56,359 nt of DNA, taken from positions 1 to 56,359 of the forward strand of contig JAKANP010000005.1 in NCBI GenBank assembly GCA_021812345.1, in the 5' to 3' direction. A model generated the notes under the pieces. That model was not told where the DNA came from. It made no database searches and was given only the letters and a program-made list of their open reading frames with translations. Shown one piece after another: positions 19,601 to 28,427 of this stretch. A program made the translations under genes and the position numbers. Numbering within the stretch: position 1 is the first letter of the stretch; each line of letters begins with the position of its first letter. The stretch is from a bacterium (GTDB taxonomy: Bacteria > Patescibacteriota > Minisyncoccia > UBA6257 > JAGOQP01).

Positions 19601-20424
19601 TTTATCAAGCTGTCGCAAGCGTTTCTCCGGTTCTAAACGAAAAAGGAGATGTGATGTTTTTTGTCGGCATAGAACGGGACGTTACTAAAGAGAGGGCAAT
19701 AGACAAATCAAAATCGGAATTCGTATCTTTGGCCTCCCATCAATTAAGAACTCCGCTTTCTGCCATAAATTGGTATACCGAAATGCTTATGGATGAAGAT
19801 GTCGGAAAACTTAACACCAAGCAGAGAGATTATTTGAAAGAGATTTATAATTCGAGCAAAAGAATGACCGATTTGGTCGGGTCGCTTTTGAATGTATCGA
19901 GAATAGATTTGGGAACTTTTGCCATAGAACCAAAGCCGACTGATATCGTCGAAATTGTAAAGTCAGTGATTAAGGAATTATCCCATCAAATAAAAAAGAA
20001 AAAACAAAAAATAAAAGAAGAATACGATACGAAAATCGGGCTTTTGAATGTTGACCCCAATTTAATGAGAATTGTCTTTCAAAATCTGATATCAAATTCG
20101 GTAAAGTATACTCCGCCATCGGGAGAAGTTGATGTTAAGATAAAAAAAGAAGGCGATGATATTATTGTTTCGGTTTCCGATACCGGATATGGAATTCCCA
20201 AGAGTCAGCAGTCAAGAATTTTTGAAAAGTTTTTCAGAGCTGATAATGTAAGAGAGATTGAAACCGATGGCAACGGATTGGGACTTTATATGGTTAAGGA
20301 AATTGTTGAAAAATCCGGCGGGTCAATCAGGTTTGAATCCGAAGAGAATAAAGGGACCAAATTTTTTGTTTCAATACCGATATCCGGGATGGTAAAGAAA
20401 GAAGGAGAAAAGAAGTTGTCTTAA
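16615..20424 (+). CDS. Sensor histidine kinase (CHASE-PAS-PAS-GAF-PAS-PAS-HisKA-HATPase)
   Basis: Two TM helices around an extracellular domain; PAS ends RDVT/RDIS/HDIT/RDVT; GAF with GPTG; SHQLRTPL H-box; N, G1, F and G2 boxes. Confidence 0.92.
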   Translation: MSDNWFGLYKKIKGLNIKTVILPAVIFIVLLLSTYFVWTKITEQISYDKQNLFNQEAQRAIKSFQDRIVLGNSVLSGMKGYYESMQRSITPQEWLNYIKQLEPQAKNSCIDAIGYIKKVSQNNLSEEIKNANDYVALFNGNFGPVVFHPQGNKENYYIIKYFFPLDEKSFDLLGFDYSSQEQLNQTIQSSGSLSTIQITPIQKMWDNNHPRVDALIPIYYKQNYAFESSSTLRGFGLAITDIDNCARSIIGGSVVNGINYKAVDITGGSQNDFFQSDNWGEYPHQFFEQQKINFYNRQWLIEFESAPDFGNTASNTALVFLIPIFGILLSFFVSSLVLMYSTSRARAYGLVDKVTGLLQESEAKLKELFYKSPDPIFILDNSGRFVDMNVAGEKMHGIPKEELIRNHKIFDFISPSSSGIDESLWEKFIKQGNIRFDFVFKHPQSGEERHMEVSAAANYIPGMNIAIIRDVTKNRELENALKKAEQLWKTIFSAANDAILILDDNQEIISCNLAAERIYKESKEKIIGKRIIDIRYDKDQNKINEQFGNVIKNNGLIFETKQVRGNGDIFDAEVSVKPFKIFDKDYIVDIVRDISERKKIEAKEKKISKDLKILSESNQAMIKSQNEQEFLDKLCRIIVETGEYKFVWIGEAFDDGEKSVKPVAQCGFNDDYLKNIKVSWGENEYGMGPTGSAIRNKTVSVVRNIENDPNYSVWRSEAEKRGYLSSVALPIIVGIKIFGALNIYSSEADAFNQEEVELLDKLSGDIGFGINSIRLKNEIKSSEEKYRKMIELSPDAVVIHSGEKIVFVNNAAIKIFGAKSSEEIVGKPTMSFVHPDSINVVKERISEMINKKEPVPVVDEKFLKIDGSPIDVSVVAAPIIYDGRPAIQVIVHDITERKRSEVKMKELNSELEKFKLAVENASDHIIITDIDGNIIFANKAASQTTGYPINEMIGKTPRLWGGQMPLDFYKGMWNTIKYEKRPFFGEIKNKRKSGEFYQAVASVSPVLNEKGDVMFFVGIERDVTKERAIDKSKSEFVSLASHQLRTPLSAINWYTEMLMDEDVGKLNTKQRDYLKEIYNSSKRMTDLVGSLLNVSRIDLGTFAIEPKPTDIVEIVKSVIKELSHQIKKKKQKIKEEYDTKIGLLNVDPNLMRIVFQNLISNSVKYTPPSGEVDVKIKKEGDDIIVSVSDTGYGIPKSQQSRIFEKFFRADNVREIETDGNGLGLYMVKEIVEKSGGSIRFESEENKGTKFFVSIPISGMVKKEGEKKLS

Positions 20425-20473
20425 TTTTAAAAATTTTGTGTTATAATTAAAATAATTAAATTAATTTTATAAT

Positions 20474-20863
20474 ATGGAACAAAAACAAAAATCCATTTTA
20501 GTTGTTGAAGACGAGATGCCGGTTTTAAACGCATTGGCCGATAAATTTGAAAGAGAGGACTTTATTGTTTTTAAAGCCAAAAATGGGGAAGAGGGATTAA
20601 AATCTGCCTTAGAAAACAGACCGGATATGATATTGCTTGATTTGATGATGCCAAAAATGGACGGAATAGAAATGATGAGACGCTTGAGAGAGGAAAATGT
20701 TTATGGACGCAAAGTGCCGATAATAATATTAACCAACTTATCGGCTGATGATAAAATCACTTGGGCAGTGGCAAAAGATGAGCCGGCATATTATTTGATT
20801 AAATCCGATTGGAAAATAGACGACGTAGTCGATAAAGTCCGCGATACTTTAGGGATGAAATAA
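20474..20863 (+). CDS. Single-domain response regulator
   Basis: ILVVEDE...LLDLMMPKMDG receiver fold. Confidence 0.92.
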   Translation: MEQKQKSILVVEDEMPVLNALADKFEREDFIVFKAKNGEEGLKSALENRPDMILLDLMMPKMDGIEMMRRLREENVYGRKVPIIILTNLSADDKITWAVAKDEPAYYLIKSDWKIDDVVDKVRDTLGMK

Positions 20864-20944
20864 ATTAAATTCTTTTTAATTTCATTTTATTTTTTGTTTT
20901 TGATTTTTTTTGTGTTATTCTTTAGATAAAGTAAATAAAATTTC

Positions 20945-22081
20945 ATGTCTGATATTCAAGGAAGCACAAAACAAGAGTTGCAAAAAATTTCTTCAAAAAA
21001 AATAGAAATTTTAAACATACCCGATTCATCGTCGGGCTCTTTGGGCAATTCGGAATCAAAAAAAAATATTACCGGAAGATTGGAAACAAAAATCCTTATT
21101 CTTTTTTACCAGGAATATCCCAATCAACAGCCAACTCACGACATTGTCGTTGATCAGGTTAAAGAAGTTTTGTCGGATTTGGGTTATTCCGTTTCTTTAC
21201 TCCCGATAAATCAAAGTATTGACAGAATAACTAACGGCATCAAACAAGAAAAACCCGATCTGGTTTTTAATTTATGTGAAACATTCAGAAATAACGATCG
21301 ATTTGAAACAAACATCACCGCTCTTTTGGAAATGTTTAAAGTTCCTTTTACCGGATCTGCTCCAAGCGGATTATTTTTAAGCAACGATAAGCATATAAGT
21401 AAGAAAATTTTTGATTTTCACAGAATTCCTTATGCTGATTTTTTTGTCGTTAGAGTCGGACAAGATGTTTCTGTCCCGAGGGGTTTTGTCTATCCGCTTT
21501 TTGTAAAACCGGTGAGAGAAGATGCGTCAATCGGTATTGACGATAATTCCGTAGTTTATGATTATCAATCGCTTTCTAAAAAAGTTAAAGAACTTCACGA
21601 AACATTAGGAGGGGACGTTATGGTTGAAGAATTTATAGATGGCAGGGAATTTTATGTTTCAGTTGTCGGCGATGACGGAAATATACGCGCTTTGCCGATA
21701 GTCGAGCTTGATTTTTCAAAATGGCCCGAAGGAAAACCAAAAATTTATTCAAACAAAGCGAAAATAGACGAAACATCCGAAGAATTCAAAAAAATAGATT
21801 TTGATTATGGAGAGACATTAAAACTCCCCGATGATATTCAAAAGAAAATGAAAGAATTGGCGGTCAAAACGGCAAAGGCGCTGGATGTAAGAGATTACGC
21901 CAGAGTAGATATGAGAATGGACAAAGACGGCAAGATTTATGTTTTGGAAGCGAATTTGAATCCTTACCTGAACAAAGAAGATATTCTTTCGATGTCTGCC
22001 GGAGTTGATGGAATCTCATATCCGCAACTCGTTGAAGAAATAGTTTCGAGCGCTCTTGCCAGAGGAAGAGCAATGGTTTAA
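20945..22081 (+). CDS. D-Ala-D-Ala ligase-like ATP-grasp enzyme
   Basis: PFTGS, YPLFVKP, SIGI, VEEFIDGRE, YARVDMR, LEAN motifs. Confidence 0.85.
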   Translation: MSDIQGSTKQELQKISSKKIEILNIPDSSSGSLGNSESKKNITGRLETKILILFYQEYPNQQPTHDIVVDQVKEVLSDLGYSVSLLPINQSIDRITNGIKQEKPDLVFNLCETFRNNDRFETNITALLEMFKVPFTGSAPSGLFLSNDKHISKKIFDFHRIPYADFFVVRVGQDVSVPRGFVYPLFVKPVREDASIGIDDNSVVYDYQSLSKKVKELHETLGGDVMVEEFIDGREFYVSVVGDDGNIRALPIVELDFSKWPEGKPKIYSNKAKIDETSEEFKKIDFDYGETLKLPDDIQKKMKELAVKTAKALDVRDYARVDMRMDKDGKIYVLEANLNPYLNKEDILSMSAGVDGISYPQLVEEIVSSALARGRAMV

Positions 22082-22133
22082 TCGTTGTTGATTTTTTTAG
22101 ATAATGATTTATCTTTAATTTTTAGTTTATTTT

Positions 22134-22204
22134 CGGGCCGTAGTATAGCGGTAGTATTCATGCTTTGGGAGCATGCGGTCCGGGTCCAACTCCCGGCGGC
22201 CCGA
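22134..22204 (+). tRNA. tRNA-Pro(TGG)
   Basis: CGGGCCG/CGGCCCG acceptor; CATGC-TT-TGG-GA-GCATG. Confidence 0.92.
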
Positions 22205-22207
22205 CAT

Positions 22208-22240
22208 AAAAAAATACACTTGATTTGAGTGTATTTTTTT
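22208..22240. terminator. Bidirectional terminator between tRNA-Pro and tRNA-Phe
   Basis: AAAAAAATACACT...AGTGTATTTTTTT. Confidence 0.55.
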
Positions 22241-22313
22241 ATAAACGGATTTGTTTTTCAATTCCTCACATGAGCAAATAAATTTGCTCATTCCTTGCAC
22301 TGCGTTTCACTTG

Positions 22314-22660
22314 TGCCGCGGGAGGGAATTGAACCCCCGACGCCATCCTCTTCCGAGAATATTTGGACTATATCATTCCCCACTTTTTTGTTAAAAGGTG
22401 GGGATTGGGCGCTTCCTTTGGCGCATGCGTCAAAGTAAATGTTAGTCTCTACACCTGCCTACATTAAAAATCATAACAAATAAGTTTTTCCTAAATTAAA
22501 GAATTTAAGTATAGCTAACTTGCGATTAAAAATTCTAATGAAGGATTGGCTCGGTATTATCTTATTAGACTTCACCGATTTCACCCAATTTTTCAATTCC
22601 GATTGCTCGGAAAAGCCCCAAAGAGTTTAGGGATGCGCTCTACCACTGAGCTACCGCGGC
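22314..22660 (-). tRNA. tRNA-Phe(GAA) interrupted by a group I intron (exons 22660-22629 and 22353-22314)
   Basis: The joined exons give GCCGCGG/CCGCGGC acceptor, CATCC-CT^GAA-GA-GGATG anticodon arm and a normal T-arm. Confidence 0.9.
22354..22628 (-). ncRNA. Group I intron, 275 nt, inserted after U33 of tRNA-Phe
   Basis: 5' exon ends in U, intron ends in G; P1 CCCT/GGGG; core GTAGAGACTA and GATATAGTCC (P7) on the minus strand. Confidence 0.88.
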
Positions 22661-22736
22661 ATATTTTTATTACAATGTACTTAGTCAAAATAACAAAAAA
22701 AATAAAATAAATCAATTTTTATTTTATATAAAATCG

Positions 22737-22808
22737 TACCCCCACCAGGAATCGGACCTAGATCTACTCCTTAGAAGGGAGTCATTCTATCCATTGAACT
22801 ATGGGGGC
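22737..22808 (-). tRNA. tRNA-Arg(TCT)
   Basis: ACTCC-CT-TCT-AA-GGAGT; complete cloverleaf. Confidence 0.92.
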
Positions 22809-22914
22809 TTTTAAAAAAACTTACTAATTCATTTTATTGATAACTGGGAATAAAATCAAGAAAAATGATATTGAAATACGTCAATAAATAATTTATAGTA
22901 TTTATGTTATTTAT

Positions 22915-22989
22915 GGTGGCCTTGGTGTAGTAGTAACACTGCAGTTTGTGGCACTGCCATCACGGGTGCAAATCCCGTAGGCCACCCCA
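22915..22989 (+). tRNA. tRNA-His(GTG)
   Basis: G-1, GCAGT-TT-GTG-GC-ACTGC, C73 and encoded CCA. Confidence 0.92.
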
Positions 22990-23011
22990 TAATATTTTTA
23001 TAAAAAACCCG

Positions 23012-23680
23012 CTATTTAGCGGGTTGAGTCTTTTTTGTCGGGCAAGAATTGTTTTCTTCGAATATATTTTTAAAATCGGAAACGGGAATAATAGCTCCCA
23101 TCGAACTGTTTTCTCCAACATCTAACGATACCAGTCCGATAACTTCTCCGTCCTTATTATAAACTGCCGCTCCCGATGACCCCTCGTCCAATCTCGGACT
23201 TACAAAAATAGTTCTTTCGGTGATTTTGCCAACCGTGTATTCCTGATAAACTCCATCAAGTCCTTGAGCATTTGAATAACAATAAACTTTATCTCCTTGT
23301 TGAACATTGCCGGCTTTGAGTTGTGGCATGTTTGAAAATATTGGTTTGGCAAATTTCAAAAGTGTCAAATCCTGATAAGGTCTTGAGAAAATTACTTCTG
23401 GTCTTGTTCCGTCAACCAATTTTGTATCTCCGTACGGTTTTAACAAATGAAATACTGTCAAAATAATATCATTGGAGATAATCAATCCGCTTCCTTTGAA
23501 TCTTTGATTTCCCTGATCGGTTATCAATGGCACGTAATGTGAACTCATTTGGAAAACTATTTTTTGATAATCTGACGGCTCTTTGAAGATATTTTTTAGA
23601 TATGGTTTTTGGCAAAAAGAATTTTCTGCCGATAAGATTGTAAAAATGGAAGCGGCTATTAAAAGAACCTTTGTCCTCAT
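23012..23680 (-). CDS. Secreted trypsin-like serine protease
   Basis: Signal peptide; GSG...LTVFH, DLTLL, GSSG triad motifs; AGGAGG SD. Confidence 0.85.
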   Translation of the reverse strand: MRTKVLLIAASIFTILSAENSFCQKPYLKNIFKEPSDYQKIVFQMSSHYVPLITDQGNQRFKGSGLIISNDIILTVFHLLKPYGDTKLVDGTRPEVIFSRPYQDLTLLKFAKPIFSNMPQLKAGNVQQGDKVYCYSNAQGLDGVYQEYTVGKITERTIFVSPRLDEGSSGAAVYNKDGEVIGLVSLDVGENSSMGAIIPVSDFKNIFEENNSCPTKKTQPAK

Positions 23681-23826
23681 TTTCGCCTCCTATTTGCTGA
23701 TAAAATATTAATCTATTTTTCACAAAAATCAATAAAAAAGCATTTGTTTTTTGGTTAAAAATTTGATATAATTAATTTATAAAAGGGTGATTTTTTAAGC
23801 CCATTTTTATTGATTTCAAAACGTTT

Positions 23827-25857
23827 ATGCCAAAAAAAGAAGAAAAAAATCAGCAAAATAGCGGAGCTTCTTACAGTGCCAAGGATATCTATGTTTTAGA
23901 GGGTCTTGAGCCTGTACGAAAAAGACCGGGAATGTATATCGGCTCAACCGGAATTGATGGCTTGCATCATCTGGTTTGGGAAATTGTGGATAACTCTATT
24001 GATGAAGCGATGGCCGGATTTGCCAAAAATATAAGAGTGGAACTTTTGAAGGATAATGTTGTTTCGGTAACCGATGATGGACGAGGTATCCCGGTTGATA
24101 TTCATCCTCAAACAAAAAAATCCGCTCTTGAAACCGCTTTGTGCACCTTGCACGCCGGAGGAAAATTTGGCGGAGAATCTTACAAGGTTTCCGGCGGTCT
24201 TCACGGAGTGGGAGCGGCGGTAGTCAACGCTCTTTCCAAATGGATGAAAGCCGAGGTAAATAAAGACGGCGGACTTTATGTTCAGGAATATAAAAAAGGC
24301 ATTCCTCAATACAAGGTTAAAAAAATAAGCGCTTCAAAAATTACCGGAACAAAAATAACTTTCAGGCCCGATGAAGAAATATTTTCAAAAATAGAATTTG
24401 ACAGGAAAAAAATTATTGATCATTTGCGTCAGCAGGCGTTTTTGGTTAAGGGAATTAAAATAGAAATTATAGATGAAAGAGAGGATATTCCTTTTTATCA
24501 CGCTTTTTATTTTGAAGGGGGACTTCTTTCGTTTTTGCATTATTTGAATGAATTCGGAGAAACCGAACAAGACACTCCTTTTTATGTGAATAAAGAATAT
24601 GAAGACATTCAAGTTGAAGCAACTTTTGTTTACAACAAAGATCCCGAAACTCAGGAGCTTAGTTTTGCCAACAATATTTATACTCCCGACGGAGGAATGC
24701 ATTTAACCGGATTTCGTTCGGCTCTGACCAGAGTTTTAAACGACTATGCCAGGGAGAACGGATATATTAAAGATAAAGAGGAAAATCTGACCGGAGACGA
24801 TGTTCGTGAAGGATTGGTGGCAATCGTTTCTATCAAAATCAGAGAGCCGCAATTTGAAGGCCAGACAAAAGCTCGTTTAGGAAATCCTCCCGCAAGGACA
24901 GCGGTTGAAGCGGTTACCTCGGAAGCTTTAAAAGAGTTTTTGCAAAAACACTCTAATGAATCAAAAATTATTATAGGAAAATGTTTATTGGCCGCTAAAG
25001 CCAGAAAAGCCGCGAAAGCCGCCAAAGAGACCGTTTTAAGAAAAGGACCGCTTGAGGGGCTGGCTTTGCCGGGTAAACTTGCCGATTGCACGTCAAGAGA
25101 GCCGTCCGAATCGGAGCTTTTTATTGTTGAGGGAGATTCCGCAGGCGGTTCGGGAAAACAAGGCAGAGACAGGAGGTTTCAGGCAATATTGCCGTTGAGA
25201 GGAAAAATATTGAATGTTGAAAAATCCCGTCTTGATAAAATGCTTTCCAATAATGAAATAAAATCTTTAGTCATTGCTTTGGGTACGGCAATTGGAACAG
25301 ATTTTGATGCCGATAAAATAAGGTATCATAAAATTGTTATTATGACCGATGCCGATGTTGACGGCGCTCACATAAGAACTTTGCTTTTAACTTTGTTTTT
25401 CAGATATTTTAGAGAAATTATAGAAAGAGGTTATCTTTATATTGCTCAGCCGCCATTATTCAGAGTCCAATCAGGAAGAGAATTTTCTTACGCTTTTTCC
25501 GACAAAGAAAAAGACGATTTGGTTGAAAAAATGCAATTGGCAAAAAGTTTAAAGAAAAAATCAAAAGAAAAAGAAGAAGTAAAATCGGAATTGGAAAATC
25601 AAACCGAATCGGAAGGTTCCGAAGAAGAAAAAATAAAAGGTGTAATGGTTCAAAGATATAAAGGATTGGGAGAAATGAATCCGGGACAACTTTGGGAAAC
25701 AACTATGGATCCGGCGACGAGAATTATGAAGCAAGTATCCATAGAAGACGCTCAAGAGGCGGACAGGCTGTTTGATATATTGATGGGGGAAAAGGTAGAA
25801 CCAAGAAAACATTTTATCCAAAGTCGTGCGGCAATGGTGAAAAATTTAGATATCTAA
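23827..25857 (+). CDS. gyrB: DNA gyrase subunit B
   Basis: RKRPGMYIG, GGLHGVG, EGDSAGG, PLRGKILN, DADVDG, QRYKGLGEM. Confidence 0.97.
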   Translation: MPKKEEKNQQNSGASYSAKDIYVLEGLEPVRKRPGMYIGSTGIDGLHHLVWEIVDNSIDEAMAGFAKNIRVELLKDNVVSVTDDGRGIPVDIHPQTKKSALETALCTLHAGGKFGGESYKVSGGLHGVGAAVVNALSKWMKAEVNKDGGLYVQEYKKGIPQYKVKKISASKITGTKITFRPDEEIFSKIEFDRKKIIDHLRQQAFLVKGIKIEIIDEREDIPFYHAFYFEGGLLSFLHYLNEFGETEQDTPFYVNKEYEDIQVEATFVYNKDPETQELSFANNIYTPDGGMHLTGFRSALTRVLNDYARENGYIKDKEENLTGDDVREGLVAIVSIKIREPQFEGQTKARLGNPPARTAVEAVTSEALKEFLQKHSNESKIIIGKCLLAAKARKAAKAAKETVLRKGPLEGLALPGKLADCTSREPSESELFIVEGDSAGGSGKQGRDRRFQAILPLRGKILNVEKSRLDKMLSNNEIKSLVIALGTAIGTDFDADKIRYHKIVIMTDADVDGAHIRTLLLTLFFRYFREIIERGYLYIAQPPLFRVQSGREFSYAFSDKEKDDLVEKMQLAKSLKKKSKEKEEVKSELENQTESEGSEEEKIKGVMVQRYKGLGEMNPGQLWETTMDPATRIMKQVSIEDAQEADRLFDILMGEKVEPRKHFIQSRAAMVKNLDI

Positions 25858-25977
25858 TCTTCGTAAAATTATAGAATTAAAGGTAGATTTTTAATTTGAC
25901 ATTTTTATTAGAAAATTATACAATGGCAGGAAGTTAATATTTTCCGCCTGTGGGCGGTTTTAAGTATATAAACGCAT

Positions 25978-26160
25978 ATGTCAAAAATTAATGATTATTT
26001 TAAAGAATCATACAGCGAATTAAAAAAGGTCAACTGGCCGACGAGAAATCAAACCATCAATTTGACGTTGATAGTCATCGGATTTTCTTTAGGATTATCG
26101 CTGTTTTTGGGAGCTTTGGATATTTTGTTTTCTTACATATTAAAGCAAATTATTTTGTAA
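25978..26160 (+). CDS. secE: Preprotein translocase subunit SecE
   Basis: ELKKVNWP plus one TM helix, upstream of nusG. Confidence 0.95.
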   Translation: MSKINDYFKESYSELKKVNWPTRNQTINLTLIVIGFSLGLSLFLGALDILFSYILKQIIL

Positions 26161-26163
26161 TTT

Positions 26164-26745
26164 ATGGATAAAGAAGAAAAAAAACCCGCTTTGCAAATAG
26201 ACGACTCCGATAAAGGAGCCAGACGATGGTATGCGGTTCATACTTATTCCGGTTATGAAGATGCGGTGGCGCGTTATTTAAAACAACGCGTTGAATCCCT
26301 TGAAATGAACGACAAGATTTTTGAAGTTGTCGTCCCTAAGGAGAAAAAAATCAAGATAAAAAACGGAAAAAGAAAAACTATAGAAGAAAAGATTTATCCG
26401 GGATATGTTTTGGTAGATATGATAATGTCAGAAGATTCATGGTATGTTGTCAGAAACACTCCCAGAGTAATGGGTTTTGTCGGTCCTGATTCGACCAAGC
26501 CAACCCCGCTTTCAAGAGATGAAATTGATTATTTAATGTCAAAAATGGAAAGCGATAAAGAAACGAGATTTACTGTTGACTATTCGGTAGGAGATTTGGT
26601 AAAAATTATTGACGGTCCATTTAAGGATTATGAAGGAAAAATAACGGAAGTGGACGAAGAACACGGAAGAATAAAAGCCACCGTTCCGGTATTCGGAAGA
26701 GAAACCACCGTCGAAATAGATTCCATGCAGGTTCAAAAAATTTAA
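26164..26745 (+). CDS. nusG: Transcription factor NusG
   Basis: [21 protein letters not shown] motif, FGRET. Confidence 0.97.
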   Translation: MDKEEKKPALQIDDSDKGARRWYAVHTYSGYEDAVARYLKQRVESLEMNDKIFEVVVPKEKKIKIKNGKRKTIEEKIYPGYVLVDMIMSEDSWYVVRNTPRVMGFVGPDSTKPTPLSRDEIDYLMSKMESDKETRFTVDYSVGDLVKIIDGPFKDYEGKITEVDEEHGRIKATVPVFGRETTVEIDSMQVQKI

Positions 26746-26768
26746 TTATTAAACTTTTATTTAGAAAT

Positions 26769-27194
26769 ATGGCAAAACCAATAAAAACAACTTTAAAACT
26801 TCAACTTGAAGCCGGAAAAGCAACCCCGGCCCCTCCGGTTGGAACCGCTTTAGGTCCTCATGGAATTAATCTGGGACAATTTTGTTCTCAATTTAATGAA
26901 GCTACCAAAGATATGGCAGGAAGTGTTGTGCCTGCAGTTATAACGATTTACGAAGATCGATCCTTTGATTTTGTTTTGAAAACTTCTCCCGCTTCGGATT
27001 TGCTTAAAAAAGCCGCCGGAATTGCCAAGGGCGCAGGAGATCCTTTAAGAAATAAAGTTGGTAGCGTTACCAAAGCTCAAGTCAGAGAAATAGCCGAAAA
27101 AAAATTAAAAGACCTTAATGCCAGAAATATAAATGCCGCAATAAAAATTATAGAAGGCACGGCTCGTTCGATGGGAATAGAAGTAAAAGGATAA
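26769..27194 (+). CDS. rplK: 50S ribosomal protein L11
   Basis: [15 protein letters not shown]...GTARSMG. Confidence 0.97.
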   Translation: MAKPIKTTLKLQLEAGKATPAPPVGTALGPHGINLGQFCSQFNEATKDMAGSVVPAVITIYEDRSFDFVLKTSPASDLLKKAAGIAKGAGDPLRNKVGSVTKAQVREIAEKKLKDLNARNINAAIKIIEGTARSMGIEVKG

Positions 27195-27204
27195 AATTGA
27201 TATT

Positions 27205-27232
27205 AAAAAACTCCGCCAAAAGCGGAGTTTTT
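27205..27232. terminator. Bidirectional intrinsic terminator after rplK
   Basis: AAAAAACTCCGC-CAAAA-GCGGAGTTTTT. Confidence 0.75.
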
Positions 27233-27234
27233 GT

Positions 27235-27453
27235 CTATTTTACATTTTTTTGAAAGATGGCCATAAAAAATAAAACAAAAAAAATAAATATCGAAATTGG
27301 AAGGATAAGAATACTGGCAAAAATTTTTTCACCGAAACTTTTGAATGCCGGGCTGTTTTTGTCATTTACCGTTGATTCTGTTAATTTTATGGCAATGATG
27401 CCGATTAAAACATCAAATACAAATAACCCCATGAAAATTATAAAAATTTTCAT
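27235..27453 (-). CDS. Small two-TM membrane protein
   Basis: 72 aa with two hydrophobic helices; ATGA overlap with the upstream ORF. Confidence 0.55.
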   Translation of the reverse strand: MKIFIIFMGLFVFDVLIGIIAIKLTESTVNDKNSPAFKSFGEKIFASILILPISIFIFFVLFFMAIFQKNVK

Positions 27454-27638
27454 GGATTATTTCTTTTTAAGAACGATAAAGCTATCATAACGATGATAAT
27501 CGGAAACCAAAAAACAAAAACAAAGAATAAATCCAAAATGTTTTTAGGCAAATGACGCTTGACCGAGTTGAATATAAAATATGTTCCAAACGGAGACAAC
27601 ATTATGTAAACAGCTAAAACTATTCCGATGATGATCAT
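27450..27638 (-). CDS. Small two-TM membrane protein
   Basis: 62 aa hydrophobic; GGAGG upstream. Confidence 0.55.
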   Translation of the reverse strand: MIIIGIVLAVYIMLSPFGTYFIFNSVKRHLPKNILDLFFVFVFWFPIIIVMIALSFLKRNNP

Positions 27639-27752
27639 TGTTTGATTGTCCGTATTTCCTCCCTTGTAAAATGCTTCTTGTTTTATATCACTTTATTTTA
27701 TCCGTGTAAAGATTATTGCCTTATTTTGTGAATGCGGTTAAAATTAATTTAT

Positions 27753-28397
27753 ATGGCTGGACTTTTAAACGAAAAAATAAATAAAAATTTTATTGTTTTT
27801 GAGGGAATAGATGGGTCAGGCAAGGGGACCCAAGTGGAGCTTCTTAAGGATTATTTTTTAAAAAAAGGAAGGAAAGATGTGGTTTTTACTTTTGAACACA
27901 CAAGAGACGGACAATGGTCTCAAAATATAGAAGATATTGTAAGCGGAAAAATAAAAAATATATCTTCTGAAAAAGTCCAATTGCTTTATATTTTGGACAG
28001 AAAAGATCATATTCATAATTTTATTTTGCCTAATTTGAAAAAAGAAAGGAAAGTTTTTTGCGACAGATATTTTTTATCTACTTTGGCATATGGAAGTCTG
28101 GACGGAAAAACTCATTGGAAAACATTATGGAATTATCACAAAGAAATAATCGGCGATGAAATGATAATGCCTAATAAAATTTTTTTCTTCGATGTGGAGC
28201 CCGATTTGGCAATATCTAGGATTGTCCAAAGAGATATTAAAAAAACTATTTTTGAAAATAGAGAAAGTTTAAAAAAAATAAGGGAAGCATATCTTTCAAT
28301 CGGTCCCCATTTTGACGGCTTTGAGGTTATTGATGCGAGTGGTACTCCGGAAAACGTTTTTAATTCGTTAAAATCAAGATTGGCCGATTATTTGTGA
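27753..28397 (+). CDS. tmk: Thymidylate kinase
   Basis: FEGIDGSGKGTQ P-loop, DRYFLSTLAYG. Confidence 0.93.
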   Translation: MAGLLNEKINKNFIVFEGIDGSGKGTQVELLKDYFLKKGRKDVVFTFEHTRDGQWSQNIEDIVSGKIKNISSEKVQLLYILDRKDHIHNFILPNLKKERKVFCDRYFLSTLAYGSLDGKTHWKTLWNYHKEIIGDEMIMPNKIFFFDVEPDLAISRIVQRDIKKTIFENRESLKKIREAYLSIGPHFDGFEVIDASGTPENVFNSLKSRLADYL

Positions 28398-28427
28398 AAG
28401 AATTTTTTTTAAGTTATATTAATAATA

